Counted from the stretch's first letter, positions 37,668 to 47,823 are shown. The stretch: DNA of 64,000 nt from an uncultured Holophagales bacterium (GCA_963842525.1 CAWJGT010000031.1:1-64000); one strand, 5' to 3'. Notes: generated from the sequence alone by a model not told the origin. Program-made: numbers and translations.

Positions 37668-39095
37668 TCAATCCGCCGGGGGCACTGAGTCGGGAGGAAT
37701 CACGGGATTCGGAGCCGAGTCGGGCGGAGCCGCCGGGTTCGGCGGCACCGGATCGGGCGACGGGCTCTCGGGGATCTTCAGGCTAAGATAGGTGGCGGAG
37801 CTGATCCCCATGAGACCGAGCAGCGTCTCGCTGAGCTGCGGCATCGCCAGGTCGCGGTAGACGTGGCAGACGAAGATGATCCCCAGGACTACCGTCCAGG
37901 CCGCGGCCTGGAAGCGATGGAAGTTGACGCCGCCGCTGTCGCTCAGGATGTCCAGCAGGAATTTTTCGGACTGGTTGGTGAGCTTGCGGTACATGGAGAG
38001 CTTCTCCAAGCGCAGCGCCTCTTTCTTCGCCATTTCCTGCGCCTTGGCCGGGTCGCCGCTCGCCTGCACCGCGGCATCGAGAGCGGTGACCTCTGTTCCC
38101 AGCTTCTCGATTTCGTCCCATAGGACCGTGGCGCGCGCGGTGTCCTGAGCCTGGCTGACCCGGCTGCTCTTGCTGGCGTCGATGAACGCAGAGCCTGCCG
38201 CCGTGCCTGCGCTGATGCCGAGTAGCACCAGGGTCGTGCCGGTGATCGAGGTAAAGAAGTCGCCCGTGACCATGCCGATCAGGAGGTAGGAGGCGAGAAT
38301 CAGGAAGAACCAGCAGGCTGCCTGCGTCCGGGCCAGGCTATATGGCGGACGAGCGCCGTACGGCGCCGTCACCGGATCGCGCAGCACGTCGCTCCGCCGG
38401 GCGAGGATGAAAAAGCCGACGAGGAAGACCCCGAAGATCAGCACCCAGAAGGCAAACCAGCCATAGGGGATCACGCGGAGGTACATGCGAGCCTTCTCTG
38501 TGGACGGCATGGCGAATTGGTTGTCAATCCCGACACTCACTTGGACCTCGCGGTCGTGCAGCGTCGGCCAGCCGAGGAGAGAGGTCCAGACATCCCGCGA
38601 GGCTCCGGTCCGCTTTAGATCTAGAGGGAACATCAGGACATCCTTGACCGGATCGTTGGGCGGACGTTCAACCACGTCGGTCAGGGGGCGGCGATCCAGG
38701 TAGAGGACGATGCTCCTCTCGCCGCCCTGCTTCTCGAGGCACTCCTTGCGCTTGTTGAGCTTCCCTAGGTTTGAGACGGCCACCGCGATTGTGTCGCGCA
38801 GCTCGACAACGGGAACTCCGCCCTTGGGCTCGCCCGAGGCCAGGCGAGGCTTGTGCTTCGCGACCGGCTTGGTCGGCTTCTCATAAGGAGGGGCCAGCCA
38901 GACGTCGGTCACTTCTACGCCCTGCAGATCGAACGAGCACGGATCTGGCTGCTCCTGTTGTTTCTGAGAGGGCGGGGGTGCCGCGCCTGCCCCTCCGGTC
39001 GGCGGGTTGGCGGGTGGCGCGTCCTGCCAGGCCGAGGCGGCTCCCGACAGGGCAAGAATGAGAGAGAAGACCAGGGTGACGCGATGTCGTCTCAT
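37668..39095 (-). CDS. Hypothetical membrane protein (signal peptide, about 5 TM helices)
   Basis: AAAGGAGG before ATG; signal peptide ending ASA; internally repeated SLARTQ..W/NFHRFQ..W and GIS motifs. Confidence 0.75.
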   Translation of the reverse strand: MRRHRVTLVFSLILALSGAASAWQDAPPANPPTGGAGAAPPPSQKQQEQPDPCSFDLQGVEVTDVWLAPPYEKPTKPVAKHKPRLASGEPKGGVPVVELRDTIAVAVSNLGKLNKRKECLEKQGGERSIVLYLDRRPLTDVVERPPNDPVKDVLMFPLDLKRTGASRDVWTSLLGWPTLHDREVQVSVGIDNQFAMPSTEKARMYLRVIPYGWFAFWVLIFGVFLVGFFILARRSDVLRDPVTAPYGARPPYSLARTQAACWFFLILASYLLIGMVTGDFFTSITGTTLVLLGISAGTAAGSAFIDASKSSRVSQAQDTARATVLWDEIEKLGTEVTALDAAVQASGDPAKAQEMAKKEALRLEKLSMYRKLTNQSEKFLLDILSDSGGVNFHRFQAAAWTVVLGIIFVCHVYRDLAMPQLSETLLGLMGISSATYLSLKIPESPSPDPVPPNPAAPPDSAPNPVIPPDSVPPAD

Positions 39096-39182
39096 GCGAG
39101 CCTCCTTTCTGAGAAGACCGGCAGAGAGAGGGACGGACGCGCCGCCGGGTTTCCCCGGGAATGGGTGCCAGCCACCTAGTTC

Positions 39183-39339
39183 GGGCGGCGCTCTCCTCAT
39201 CGGCCCGGAGGGAGGTTGGTCGCCGAACGAGCGCCGGTACCTCGCGGACGCGGGATGGCGGCCGGTCGGTCTCGGACCGCGGGTCCTGCGCCTGGAGACC
39301 GCGGCCATCGTCGGAGTGGCAGTCCTCCTCCATCAGTAG
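39183..39339 (+). pseudogene. rsmE: 3' fragment of 16S rRNA m3U1498 methyltransferase
   Basis: LLIGPEGGWSPNE...GLGPRVLRLETAA is the RsmE C-terminal signature; no 5' part upstream. Confidence 0.75.
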
Positions 39340-39344
39340 GCCGC

Positions 39345-39845
39345 CTCGGGACGCCGGCCCAGCGTACGCTCCGCAAACCCAGCGTGAGCTCACACTGGAG
39401 CATTGTCCCGAGACGCTGGCCCAGCGTGCGCTCCGCAAAGCCAGCGTGAGCTCACACTGGAGCAGCGTCTCGGGACACTGGCCCAGCGTGTGCTCCGCAA
39501 AACCAGTGTGAGCTCACACTGGAGCAGCGTCCCGGGACACTGGCCCAGCGTGTGCTCCGCAAAACCAGTGTGAGCTCACACTGGAGCAGCGTCTCGGGAC
39601 ACTGGCCCAGCGTGTGCTCCGCAAAACCAGTGTGAGCTCACACTGGAGCAGCGTCCCGAGACGCTGGCCCAGCGTGCGCTCCGCAAAGCCAGCGTGAGCT
39701 CACACTGGAGCAGCGTCTCGGGACACTGGCCCAGCGTGTGCTCCGCAAAACCAGTGTGAGCTCACACTGGAGCAGCGTCCCGGGACACTGGCCCAGCGCG
39801 TGCTCCGCAAACCCAGCGTGAGCTCACACTGGAGCAGCGTCCCGG
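39345..39845. repeat. Tandem array, 8 x 62 bp, each unit with a 20-bp palindrome
   Basis: GAGCTCACAC recurs at 39386, 39448, 39510, 39572, 39634, 39696, 39758, 39820; core CCAG(T/C)GTGAGCTCACACTGG. Confidence 0.95.
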
Positions 39846-39872
39846 AACTGAAACTGCTCGTCAGGAGCTTGC

Positions 39873-42800
39873 TCAGAGGAACGAAGCAGCAAATCGCCGA
39901 GGACCTTGCCCGGATGGCGCGGTCGCACGAACCGCAGGCCGGTGCGCTTCCGGACGGCCCTTGCCAGCCGCGAGGAGCTCGTCGGCCTGGCGGCTGAAGA
40001 GCACGAAGCCCCGCCGCCTCGATTGCTCGGCAAACGTCTGGAGACGGCGCCGCGCCGGCTCGTCGAGACCGCTCCGGGCATCGATCTCGAAGCGGGCCAG
40101 CTCGGCCTCGAGGCGGTACTTCACCAGGCCCTTGCTCTTGGACCAGGCGATGACGGCGGTGAGCACGGCCCTGCCGCGATCCTCTGCGCCGGAGGCGCCC
40201 AGAACGCGGCTCAAAGTAATCCGGCCGGCCAGCAGATGGACGGTGATGGGGGCCTTGGGGTCGGAGAGCTCGGCCTGCTCGCCCAGCGCGGCGCGGGCTG
40301 CCTCGGGCCGGCCCCTCCCGAGCAGGGTCGACGCGAGCGTCAGGCGCATCTCGGCACCATAGAACTCAGGGATCTTATCGGCCCGGGCCACGGCTTCTCG
40401 AGCCAGACTCTCCGCTTGTTCTGGATTTCCCTGAAGCAACCGCAGACGGGACAGATCGGAGAGGGCGCTGGCGATGCGGATCTGGTCGCCGATCTCGCGC
40501 CGCAGGCGCAGGCTCTCCGCCAGATGCTTCTCCGCCGCCGGGAAGTCTGCCGCCATCATCCGGACCGTCCCGAGCCCGGTCACGGCGGCGGCGAGCAGGA
40601 GGGGGTTCTCGAGCCGGCGGCAGAGCCGGATCACCTCCAGGAAATCGACCTCTGCAGCGGCGAGGGCACCCGCCAGGTACCGAGCGTAGGCACGGTTGAA
40701 GAGGACGGTGGCCAGCCCGCCCTGGAGGTCGAGCTCCCGGTGGATCGCCACTGACTCCTCGAGGGCTCTGGTGGCCTCGACGACGTTTCCCCCCAAAAGG
40801 GCGCAGCGCCCCAGGTTGGTCACCGCAGCGCTGATTCCATCCCGGTCGTTCAGCTTCCGGTAGATGCCGAGCGCCTGCTCAAAAAGGATGCAAGGAGAAG
40901 CGGCGAAGCCGGAGGTCGAGGAGCCGCCGAAGCTTGCGATGGATATGGCCAGGCTGCTCAGGGTTTCCGCCTCGCCGGGCCGGTTGCCGATCTCGCGAAA
41001 GATGGCCAGGCCGCGGAGCAACAGGCGCTCGCCTTCCGCCGCGTCGCCCCGGCGCCAGACGTTCATCCCGAGGCGCTCCATGGCTTCGGCTTCTCCCGCC
41101 CGGTTTCCGATCTTCTGGTAGATGGCGAGCGCCTCCCGGGCGTTGAGCTCCGATCGCTCGAACCCGCCCTGGAGCCAGAGCCAGTGGGACAGGGTGACTC
41201 CGGCCGCGGCCTCGCCGTTGCGATCTCCGGCCGCGGCGAAGATCTTCCTCGCCTCCTCGAGCGCCGCCTCGGCTTCCGCCACCCGGCCCAGGGAATGGAG
41301 CCCTTTCGCCTCGTGGAGCAGGGCCCGGCTCGCCGCCAGGTTCGCACCCAGCTTCCGGGCCAGCTCCCGGGCGCGGCTCGCCTCGGCCACGCTGCGGGCG
41401 TGGTCCCCGGACTGCGCCGCGGCCTCGGCGGCCAGAAGCTCGTAGCGGGGGTCCCGGCTCTCCCTGGCCCGCTGGCTCTTGAGGGCGGCGATGGTCGCCA
41501 GGGCCTCCTCGACGCTGCCCGAGGTGAGCTGAGCCCGCGCCAGCTCCAGACCGTAGTCGAAGTTGGCGGGATCGAGGAGCCGCAGGGCCAGGAGCCTCTT
41601 GATGGACTCGCTCCAATGGCCGGCGAAGCCCTGGCAGCGCGCCTCCATCCACAGCCGGTTCTCCCGCGGCAGGCCGCCGGCGAGGGCCATGGCCTTCTCG
41701 GCGGCCGCGGCGGCGCGGGTGTCGTACCCCAACAGGCTCCAGGCTTCGGCGAGGGCAAAGTGGGTCTGGGGCACGTCCGGGTCCTCGGCGGCAGAACGCT
41801 GCAGCAGCTCGGTCGCGGCCGCCGCCTCGAACCGCCGCAGATGCAGGAGGCCCTGGAAAAAGCGCTGAGCGGCAGCGGAGCTCGCCGGCCGGCGGTTGGC
41901 GAGGAGCGCCTCCTGGTCGGCGGGCTGCCCCTCCTCTCCCAGCGCGCGGCGCAGGCGCAGACCGGCCGACTGCACCAGATCGGCCAGATCGTCGACGGTC
42001 CCGGTCTCCACCACGGCCGCCACGATCTCGCCGGAGCGATGGTCCTGGAGGCGGAGGTCGAGCCGGAGCGCGCCGGATCCGCTCCCGGTGGGGGCGAGGT
42101 AGGAACCGACGACCACGTAGTCCACCCCCATCCCGGCGCGCAGTTGCAGCAGGGCCTCCGCTTCCAGACGGTCCGCGTCGGCGATCGAGAGCTCTCCCTT
42201 GATCCGCGCCACCATCTCCCCGGGGATCGCCCTCACGGCTCCGCTCATGGCGAGCTCAGTGGTCAGCATCTCGCTCAGGGCCGTGGACAACCACCGGGCT
42301 TGGGGCGCGCCGGAGAGGTTGGAGAACCCCAGCACTGCGACCCTCGGTTGGCGATGGCCCACCGCCACGGCCGGCGTCACCGCGCTCTCCCGGTCAGGGC
42401 CCACCGCCGACAGCCACAGAAGCCCGGCCGCGGCCAGCGCGGTGAGGAGGCCGGAGGCCGCCAGGCTCCTGCGTGCCCAACCCCGGTGGCTCGCCACCGG
42501 AGGGCCGGGGTCGCTCGCCACTTCAGGGCCGGAGTGGCTCGCCGCCGCAGGGCCGGGGGTCACGGCGGCCACCAGGCGATAGCCCCGCTTGGGAACGGTT
42601 TCGACGTACCGCGGGTTGCGCGGCGTGTCTCCCAGGGCGCTGCGGATTTCTGAAATGCAGTGGGCGAGAGCGCCGTCCTCCACGCTGTTGCCCTCCCAGA
42701 CCTCGGCGAAGATCTCTTCTTTGGAGACGACGCGACCCGGCCGGGTCGCCAGCAGCACCAGCACCTCCATGGACCGCGGGCGCAGGCGGACCTCCTCCCC

Positions 42801-42902
42801 CTCACGCACCAGCAGACCCTCGTCCGGCCGCAACCACCACTCCCCGATGCGCACGTCCCGGGGGAGGCGGGAAGGGGAAGCCTGGGCCTGGCCAACGACC
42901 AT
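39873..42902 (-). CDS. CadC/ToxR-like winged-helix, TM, TPR regulator
   Basis: OmpR-type wHTH (VSKEEIF.EVW...YVETVPKRGYRL), TM helix, VAVLGFSN domain, many TPR-like repeats. Confidence 0.85.
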   Translation of the reverse strand: MVVGQAQASPSRLPRDVRIGEWWLRPDEGLLVREGEEVRLRPRSMEVLVLLATRPGRVVSKEEIFAEVWEGNSVEDGALAHCISEIRSALGDTPRNPRYVETVPKRGYRLVAAVTPGPAAASHSGPEVASDPGPPVASHRGWARRSLAASGLLTALAAAGLLWLSAVGPDRESAVTPAVAVGHRQPRVAVLGFSNLSGAPQARWLSTALSEMLTTELAMSGAVRAIPGEMVARIKGELSIADADRLEAEALLQLRAGMGVDYVVVGSYLAPTGSGSGALRLDLRLQDHRSGEIVAAVVETGTVDDLADLVQSAGLRLRRALGEEGQPADQEALLANRRPASSAAAQRFFQGLLHLRRFEAAAATELLQRSAAEDPDVPQTHFALAEAWSLLGYDTRAAAAAEKAMALAGGLPRENRLWMEARCQGFAGHWSESIKRLLALRLLDPANFDYGLELARAQLTSGSVEEALATIAALKSQRARESRDPRYELLAAEAAAQSGDHARSVAEASRARELARKLGANLAASRALLHEAKGLHSLGRVAEAEAALEEARKIFAAAGDRNGEAAAGVTLSHWLWLQGGFERSELNAREALAIYQKIGNRAGEAEAMERLGMNVWRRGDAAEGERLLLRGLAIFREIGNRPGEAETLSSLAISIASFGGSSTSGFAASPCILFEQALGIYRKLNDRDGISAAVTNLGRCALLGGNVVEATRALEESVAIHRELDLQGGLATVLFNRAYARYLAGALAAAEVDFLEVIRLCRRLENPLLLAAAVTGLGTVRMMAADFPAAEKHLAESLRLRREIGDQIRIASALSDLSRLRLLQGNPEQAESLAREAVARADKIPEFYGAEMRLTLASTLLGRGRPEAARAALGEQAELSDPKAPITVHLLAGRITLSRVLGASGAEDRGRAVLTAVIAWSKSKGLVKYRLEAELARFEIDARSGLDEPARRRLQTFAEQSRRRGFVLFSRQADELLAAGKGRPEAHRPAVRATAPSGQGPRRFAASFL

Positions 42903-43066
42903 CCTTCCATTTTACAGGCAGGGCTGAATTCTGTCGTGGAGGGGCGGAGGAAGATTGGAGGTTTTTGTCAGGAGTCTCAGAGGACTCGCCGCACGGTTGA
43001 AGGGCAACCTGGGGTCGTGGCGAGACGGCGAATTGCGCCCTTTCACGAAAACAGGAGAATTCAGCG

Positions 43067-45739
43067 ATGAGAACCTTACGTGGACCTTCCACCCGGCGAC
43101 CACTGCACCGATACCTCGGGCCGGCCCTCTTGGGTCTGAGCCTCTTTTTGTCCACAGCGGCCTCGGCTGCCGTACCGCCGATTCCCAGCAGGGCGACCTT
43201 CAGCGGCGGGGTCACCATCAACGGCAAGAACTACGCCTCCGGCCCCTTCACCCTCACCACCTCCTCCTCCGGCGCCCACCACTACCACGCCTGCCGTAGC
43301 GGGGACGTTGACGTTTCCGAATGGGGCGGCTGCGAGGTGGTGTTCGCCACCTTCATAGGCTCGAGCGTCACCGTCAGTGGTACAAACCTGCCTTCCGACG
43401 GCTTCCGCCGGGCCTACCGTTTCAAAGCCTGCGACGCCGCCAACAACTGCACGACCTGGGCCGACAATGACGAGGTCTATGTGCAGATGGACACCACGGG
43501 GCCGGCCGCACCAGGCCCGACGACCACGACGTGCGCGTATACATCGGGGGGCAACTGCTGGGTGAAAAGTGATTTCACCATCAGCGTCACGCCTGCGGCC
43601 GACGGTGGGTCAGGGGTCAACCCGAACGGCTACAAGGCCTGCCGCAGCCAGGACAGCCCAGGTGGTTTCATCGGCTGCGAGGTCTCCATGATGGTGAACG
43701 GTGGAACTTCATTCACGGTCAGCGGCTCGAACCTGCCGTCGGACGGCTATCGCCGGTCCTACTGGTTCCGGGCGACGGATTGGGTGGGAAACCCGGGGAG
43801 CTATAACACCGGGCTCTACGTCCGGGTCGACCGCTACAACCCCACGGTGAGCGCCGACAACGCCTCGACCGCCTGGTTCGTCAGCCGCACAGCGACCGTC
43901 GCTGCCGCCGATGCCACGGTCAGCGCCGCCGCGAGCTCCGGGCTCCAGGAGGTCCGCTACCGCTGGAACGCCGCCCACAACGGCTCCTGCACGACCGGCA
44001 CGGTGACCGGCAACGGCGCCGTCCTCACCGTGCCGGCGGGCGACAACCACCTCTACCTCTGCGCCAAGGACAACACCGGCCGCATCGGCTACTGGAACGG
44101 CGGCCCCTATCGGGTGATCATCGACAGCTCCGAGCTGGTCTCGGCCACCCTGCCCACCGCTCTGGCCTGCGGCGCAACCTTCAACGCCAGCGTGACGATG
44201 AAGAACACCGGCAGCGTGCCGTGGACGCGGACGGACGGCTACAAGCTCGGAGCCGTGGGGGACTCGGACCCGTTCGCCCCGCACCGGATCTGGCTGCCGT
44301 CGGGGGTCTCCGTCGCTCCAGGCCAGATCTATACCTTCAGTTGGACGATGACCGCGCCTTCGACCCCCGGGACCTATACGACGGATTGGCGGATGGTCCA
44401 CGAGCTGGTGCGCTGGTTCGGACCGACCGCGTCCAGCAACGTGACGGTGAGCTGCATCGGTAGCTGCCCGAGCACAGACCCGGTCGAGGAGGTTCCTTGC
44501 CTCCTGCCGGCAGCAGCCTTGGCAGGACCCGCTTTCCGTGCCGAGCCGGCGACCGACGACGAAGTGCGCCGGCAACTGGCGGAGGCCCTGGAGCATTATG
44601 CGCTGGAGTCTGTCGAGCCCTCCCGCCTGCGCCGGGAGCTCGACGCCACGGGCCGTCTGACCCTGACTCTTGGCGGCAGCGCCTACGAGCTCGAGCTCGA
44701 GCCGGTCGACCTCCGGGCCCCAGGGTATCGGGAAGTGATCGTCACCGCCGCCGGGGAGGTGGAGATTCCACCCGGCCTGGTGAGCACCTTCAAGGGGCGC
44801 GTCCGGGGGATGCCGGACAGCGACGCGCGCCTGGTGGTGGACCCGGATCTGATCATGGGCTCCGTGGAGATCGACGGCCGGCGTTTCTTCATCGATCCGG
44901 CCTACAAATTCGCCGCCGGTGGCGGCACGGACCGCCTGGTGATCTATGAAGAGCAGGATCTCCAGCCCGAGCCCGGCGTGAGCTGTGCTATGACCGAGCT
45001 TCAGGAGCACGGGAAGAGCCTCCTCGCCGAGGAAGCGCGTCTGGCGGCGCCGGAGCCCGGCTCTGCAGACGAGATGGCTCTCCTCCTCGGAGCGGCCGGA
45101 ACGACCCGGGTCGTGGAGGTCGCGACCGACGCCGACGGCGAGTACTACGCCCTGCATGGCACCGGGACCAACGCGTACATCCAGGGTGTGCTCAACATGG
45201 TCAACGGCCTGTACTCCGAGACGGGGCTGGTGTTCACCCTCAGCTACCAACGCGCCTTCTCCAATCCTGCCAGCGATCCATACTCCACCTGCCATTACGC
45301 CGGGCAGTGGTGTGAGCTGTGGTCCACGTGGCAGCTCAGCCAGGGCAGCGTGCACCGGGATGTGGTCCACCTGTTCAGCGGCAAGGCGCTCCGATCGTCA
45401 AGCGGTACCCGGATCCGCGGATACGCGGGGCTCCTCGGCACCGTCTGCAACCTGGGCTCGGCCTATGTTCTCTCGACCCCCTACCGGGAGGCGGGACTGG
45501 TGGCTCATGAGATCGGACATGCTCTCGGCGCCCTCCACGTCGACGGCCAGGTCTCACCCCCGGGCTCGGTGTGCCCGGACGTCGACTGCGGCGCCGATAG
45601 TTGCCAGGATACGAGCTCGATGGGCGGTCCGGTGATGTGTGGCGCCATCCAGAATCCCGTCACGGGTCAGCACCAGATCTCCATCGACGAAATCATGAGC
45701 TACGTCAACAGCTCCGGAGCGTGCCTGGCGATCCAGTAG
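43067..45739 (+). CDS. Secreted M12/reprolysin-like zinc metallopeptidase with N-terminal beta-rich repeats and NBR1-like Ig domain
   Basis: Signal peptide, KNTG..PW...WRM Ig motif, metzincin HEIGHALGALH with Met-turn (VM); AGGAG upstream. Confidence 0.8.
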   Translation: MRTLRGPSTRRPLHRYLGPALLGLSLFLSTAASAAVPPIPSRATFSGGVTINGKNYASGPFTLTTSSSGAHHYHACRSGDVDVSEWGGCEVVFATFIGSSVTVSGTNLPSDGFRRAYRFKACDAANNCTTWADNDEVYVQMDTTGPAAPGPTTTTCAYTSGGNCWVKSDFTISVTPAADGGSGVNPNGYKACRSQDSPGGFIGCEVSMMVNGGTSFTVSGSNLPSDGYRRSYWFRATDWVGNPGSYNTGLYVRVDRYNPTVSADNASTAWFVSRTATVAAADATVSAAASSGLQEVRYRWNAAHNGSCTTGTVTGNGAVLTVPAGDNHLYLCAKDNTGRIGYWNGGPYRVIIDSSELVSATLPTALACGATFNASVTMKNTGSVPWTRTDGYKLGAVGDSDPFAPHRIWLPSGVSVAPGQIYTFSWTMTAPSTPGTYTTDWRMVHELVRWFGPTASSNVTVSCIGSCPSTDPVEEVPCLLPAAALAGPAFRAEPATDDEVRRQLAEALEHYALESVEPSRLRRELDATGRLTLTLGGSAYELELEPVDLRAPGYREVIVTAAGEVEIPPGLVSTFKGRVRGMPDSDARLVVDPDLIMGSVEIDGRRFFIDPAYKFAAGGGTDRLVIYEEQDLQPEPGVSCAMTELQEHGKSLLAEEARLAAPEPGSADEMALLLGAAGTTRVVEVATDADGEYYALHGTGTNAYIQGVLNMVNGLYSETGLVFTLSYQRAFSNPASDPYSTCHYAGQWCELWSTWQLSQGSVHRDVVHLFSGKALRSSSGTRIRGYAGLLGTVCNLGSAYVLSTPYREAGLVAHEIGHALGALHVDGQVSPPGSVCPDVDCGADSCQDTSSMGGPVMCGAIQNPVTGQHQISIDEIMSYVNSSGACLAIQ

Positions 45740-45761
45740 GCCTTTAGGGAAGAAAGGTCAA

Positions 45762-45783
45762 AGGGGCAGGGCTACCTGCCCCT
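45762..45783. terminator. Hairpin after the peptidase gene
   Basis: AGGGGCAGG-GCTA-CCTGCCCCT; no T-tract on the plus strand. Confidence 0.4.
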
Positions 45784-45841
45784 CACACCCCGCCCACCAA
45801 CGTCGCGGCGAGCTACGACCAGTGGAGCGACACGAGCTCCC

Positions 45842-46190
45842 TCAACGACAACCCCGTGAAGCGGCTGACAGTCCGCCCTCCTGCATCTGCACTTCGTATC
45901 GCTCTACCCAGTCGGGGTAGCGCTCCGGATGCAGAAAATCATTGCGCTGCGCCTTGGCCATCGCCGGCGCGGCAACGGTCATGACAAACACGATGGTGCG
46001 CCCGGTGTCCGGACCGGAGAAGCTCGTAGTGCGTGATGCCGTCGCGCAACTGCACGAGCTTGCCTGGTGCTCCCCCGCGCGCGGTCGCGTCGAGCGTCTT
46101 GCGCCCCCTGTCGAGCGCCACGTAGACAACGGCGCCGGTGAGCCCGAACGCCACGACGATCGATGCAACGATTGTGGTGCGACGATTCAC
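45842..46190 (-). pseudogene. Probable alpha/beta-hydrolase remnant
   Basis: TM anchor then LDATARGGAPGKLVQLRDGITHYEL / GPDTGRTIVFV split across frames; no catalytic core. Confidence 0.4.
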
Positions 46191-46482
46191 GCGACACCAC
46201 GCGACACCATCAATCCGCGCAGCCGCTCGAGCTCCGCCCGGAGGCGTGCCAGCTCTGCCCTGGCCTGCAACGCCTCCTCCTCGGCCACACTGCGAGCTGC
46301 TGCCTCGGCATGGGCCCGTTCTTCGGCGGCGCGAGCCCTCTCTTCCGCCGCCAAGTATAAGGAGTGTCCCGAGATCCGTCAAAGATATCGTGCAGGGACG
46401 ATCAGGGGAAGAGGGAAAGCGCTGGTGGGGACAACCCCTCTCCCCCGTGGGCACGAGGGAGAGGGTTGGTAGAGGGACGGGA

Positions 46483-47139
46483 TCAGCTCCCGGACAGCTC
46501 GACGGTCGAGAGGCGGTACAGCAGCACCACCCGCGAGCCGTCGGCCAGCAGCATGCCCAGATCCGAATACTTGCTGAGCATGGCCTGGCCCTCGGGGCTC
46601 TGGGCGTCCACGCGGGTGACTGGCCGCTCGTTCTCGAAGCCGCGCTGGACCCAGCGGCCTCCCGCGTAGACGAATTCCCGCCCGGCCACTTCGCTGGTCG
46701 TCTGCGGCAGCGGCAGCGGCGGCTGGTCGGGATAGGTGTCGACGGTGACGACGAAATCCGGCTCTGCCGGCCGGTCGATGCTCGGATTCCAATCCGGCGA
46801 CACCACGAAGAGGCTGAAGATGAGGGCCAGCCCCATCGCCGCGAAGGCACGGACGGCTGGTTTCATCTCGAAGTCGGTGAGCAGAAGCTGCAGGCTTTGC
46901 AGCAGGCCGCGGGGCTCGCTGGCCGCCGCGACCTGTTGGCGCACCCGGAAGGGGAGCGCCGGGGGAACGGGCGGACGCTCGAGGCGCCGCAACCCGATCA
47001 CGACACGCTGCAGAGAGGCGAGCTCCTCGCGGCACTTCGCACAGGAGGCGAGATGCCCTTCGAGAACCTGCCCCTCCCGAAAACCGATCTCTCCGTCCAG
47101 GTAGGACGAAAGCTGTTCGGTGGAAAGGTGACGGTCCAT
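46483..47139 (-). CDS. zf-HC2 anti-sigma factor
   Basis: LSSYLDGE...HLASCAKC, TM helix, downstream of an ECF sigma gene. Confidence 0.85.
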   Translation of the reverse strand: MDRHLSTEQLSSYLDGEIGFREGQVLEGHLASCAKCREELASLQRVVIGLRRLERPPVPPALPFRVRQQVAAASEPRGLLQSLQLLLTDFEMKPAVRAFAAMGLALIFSLFVVSPDWNPSIDRPAEPDFVVTVDTYPDQPPLPLPQTTSEVAGREFVYAGGRWVQRGFENERPVTRVDAQSPEGQAMLSKYSDLGMLLADGSRVVLLYRLSTVELSGS

Positions 47140-47143
47140 GGTT

Positions 47144-47725
47144 TCAATTCTCCAAGAGGGCCCTCAACTGCTCCCGTCCCCGCGCGATCCGCGAGCGGAC
47201 GGTGCCGATCCGGACCCCCAGTACCTCGGCGATTTCTTCGTAGGAGAGACCTTCGAGGTCGCGCAAAATCACCGCTTCCCGGAAGGCCCCGGGAAGCCGG
47301 GCGAGCCCGATGGCCACCCGGCGCTGCTCGGCGGCGGCAACCGCCAGCTCCTCCGGCCCGCGGGACGGATCGGGAAACGCCAGCTCGCCCTCGTCCGTGT
47401 TCTCCCCGATCGGCTGCGTCACCGGACGCCACCGGGACAAACGATCGCGGCAGTGGTTCAGCGCGATCCGGAAGATCCACGTCTTGAGCGAAGAGCGACC
47501 CCCGAAGCTCGCGAGGTGCCGGTAGACCCGCAGGAACACCTCCTGCGTCAGATCCGCCGCCTCTTCGTAATTGCCCGACAGACGAAAAGCCAGGTTGAAC
47601 ACCATCTCTCCGAATCGAGCGTAGACCTCGTCGAACGCTTGGGCATCGCCGCAGCGATGACGTTCTACGAGCTCGATGTCGATCGCCAGATCCTGAGCGA
47701 CAGCGGGTACCGTGGCTACCCCCAC
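47144..47725 (-). CDS. ECF sigma-70 factor
   Basis: DLTQEVFL, TWIFRIALN, GLSYEEIA.VLG..IGTVRSRIARGR. Confidence 0.92.
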   Translation of the reverse strand: MGVATVPAVAQDLAIDIELVERHRCGDAQAFDEVYARFGEMVFNLAFRLSGNYEEAADLTQEVFLRVYRHLASFGGRSSLKTWIFRIALNHCRDRLSRWRPVTQPIGENTDEGELAFPDPSRGPEELAVAAAEQRRVAIGLARLPGAFREAVILRDLEGLSYEEIAEVLGVRIGTVRSRIARGREQLRALLEN

Positions 47726-47763
47726 CGGGCCCTCCCCGGCGCTCTCACAGCGCCATTACTCCT

Positions 47764-47791
47764 TTAGACGCGCGAGCGCCGGAAAAGTTCC
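47764..47791 (-). promoter_or_regulatory. ECF (RpoE-type) autoregulatory promoter
   Basis: Minus strand GGAACT-N16-GTCTAA upstream of the sigma gene. Confidence 0.7.
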
Positions 47792-47823
47792 CGAGCGAAT
47801 AAGGCCGGCGGCCTGAAGAGGTC

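Noticed and set aside
39345-39845. CRISPR array
   Set aside because: Sequences between the palindromes are near-identical rather than unique spacers, and no cas genes are in the window
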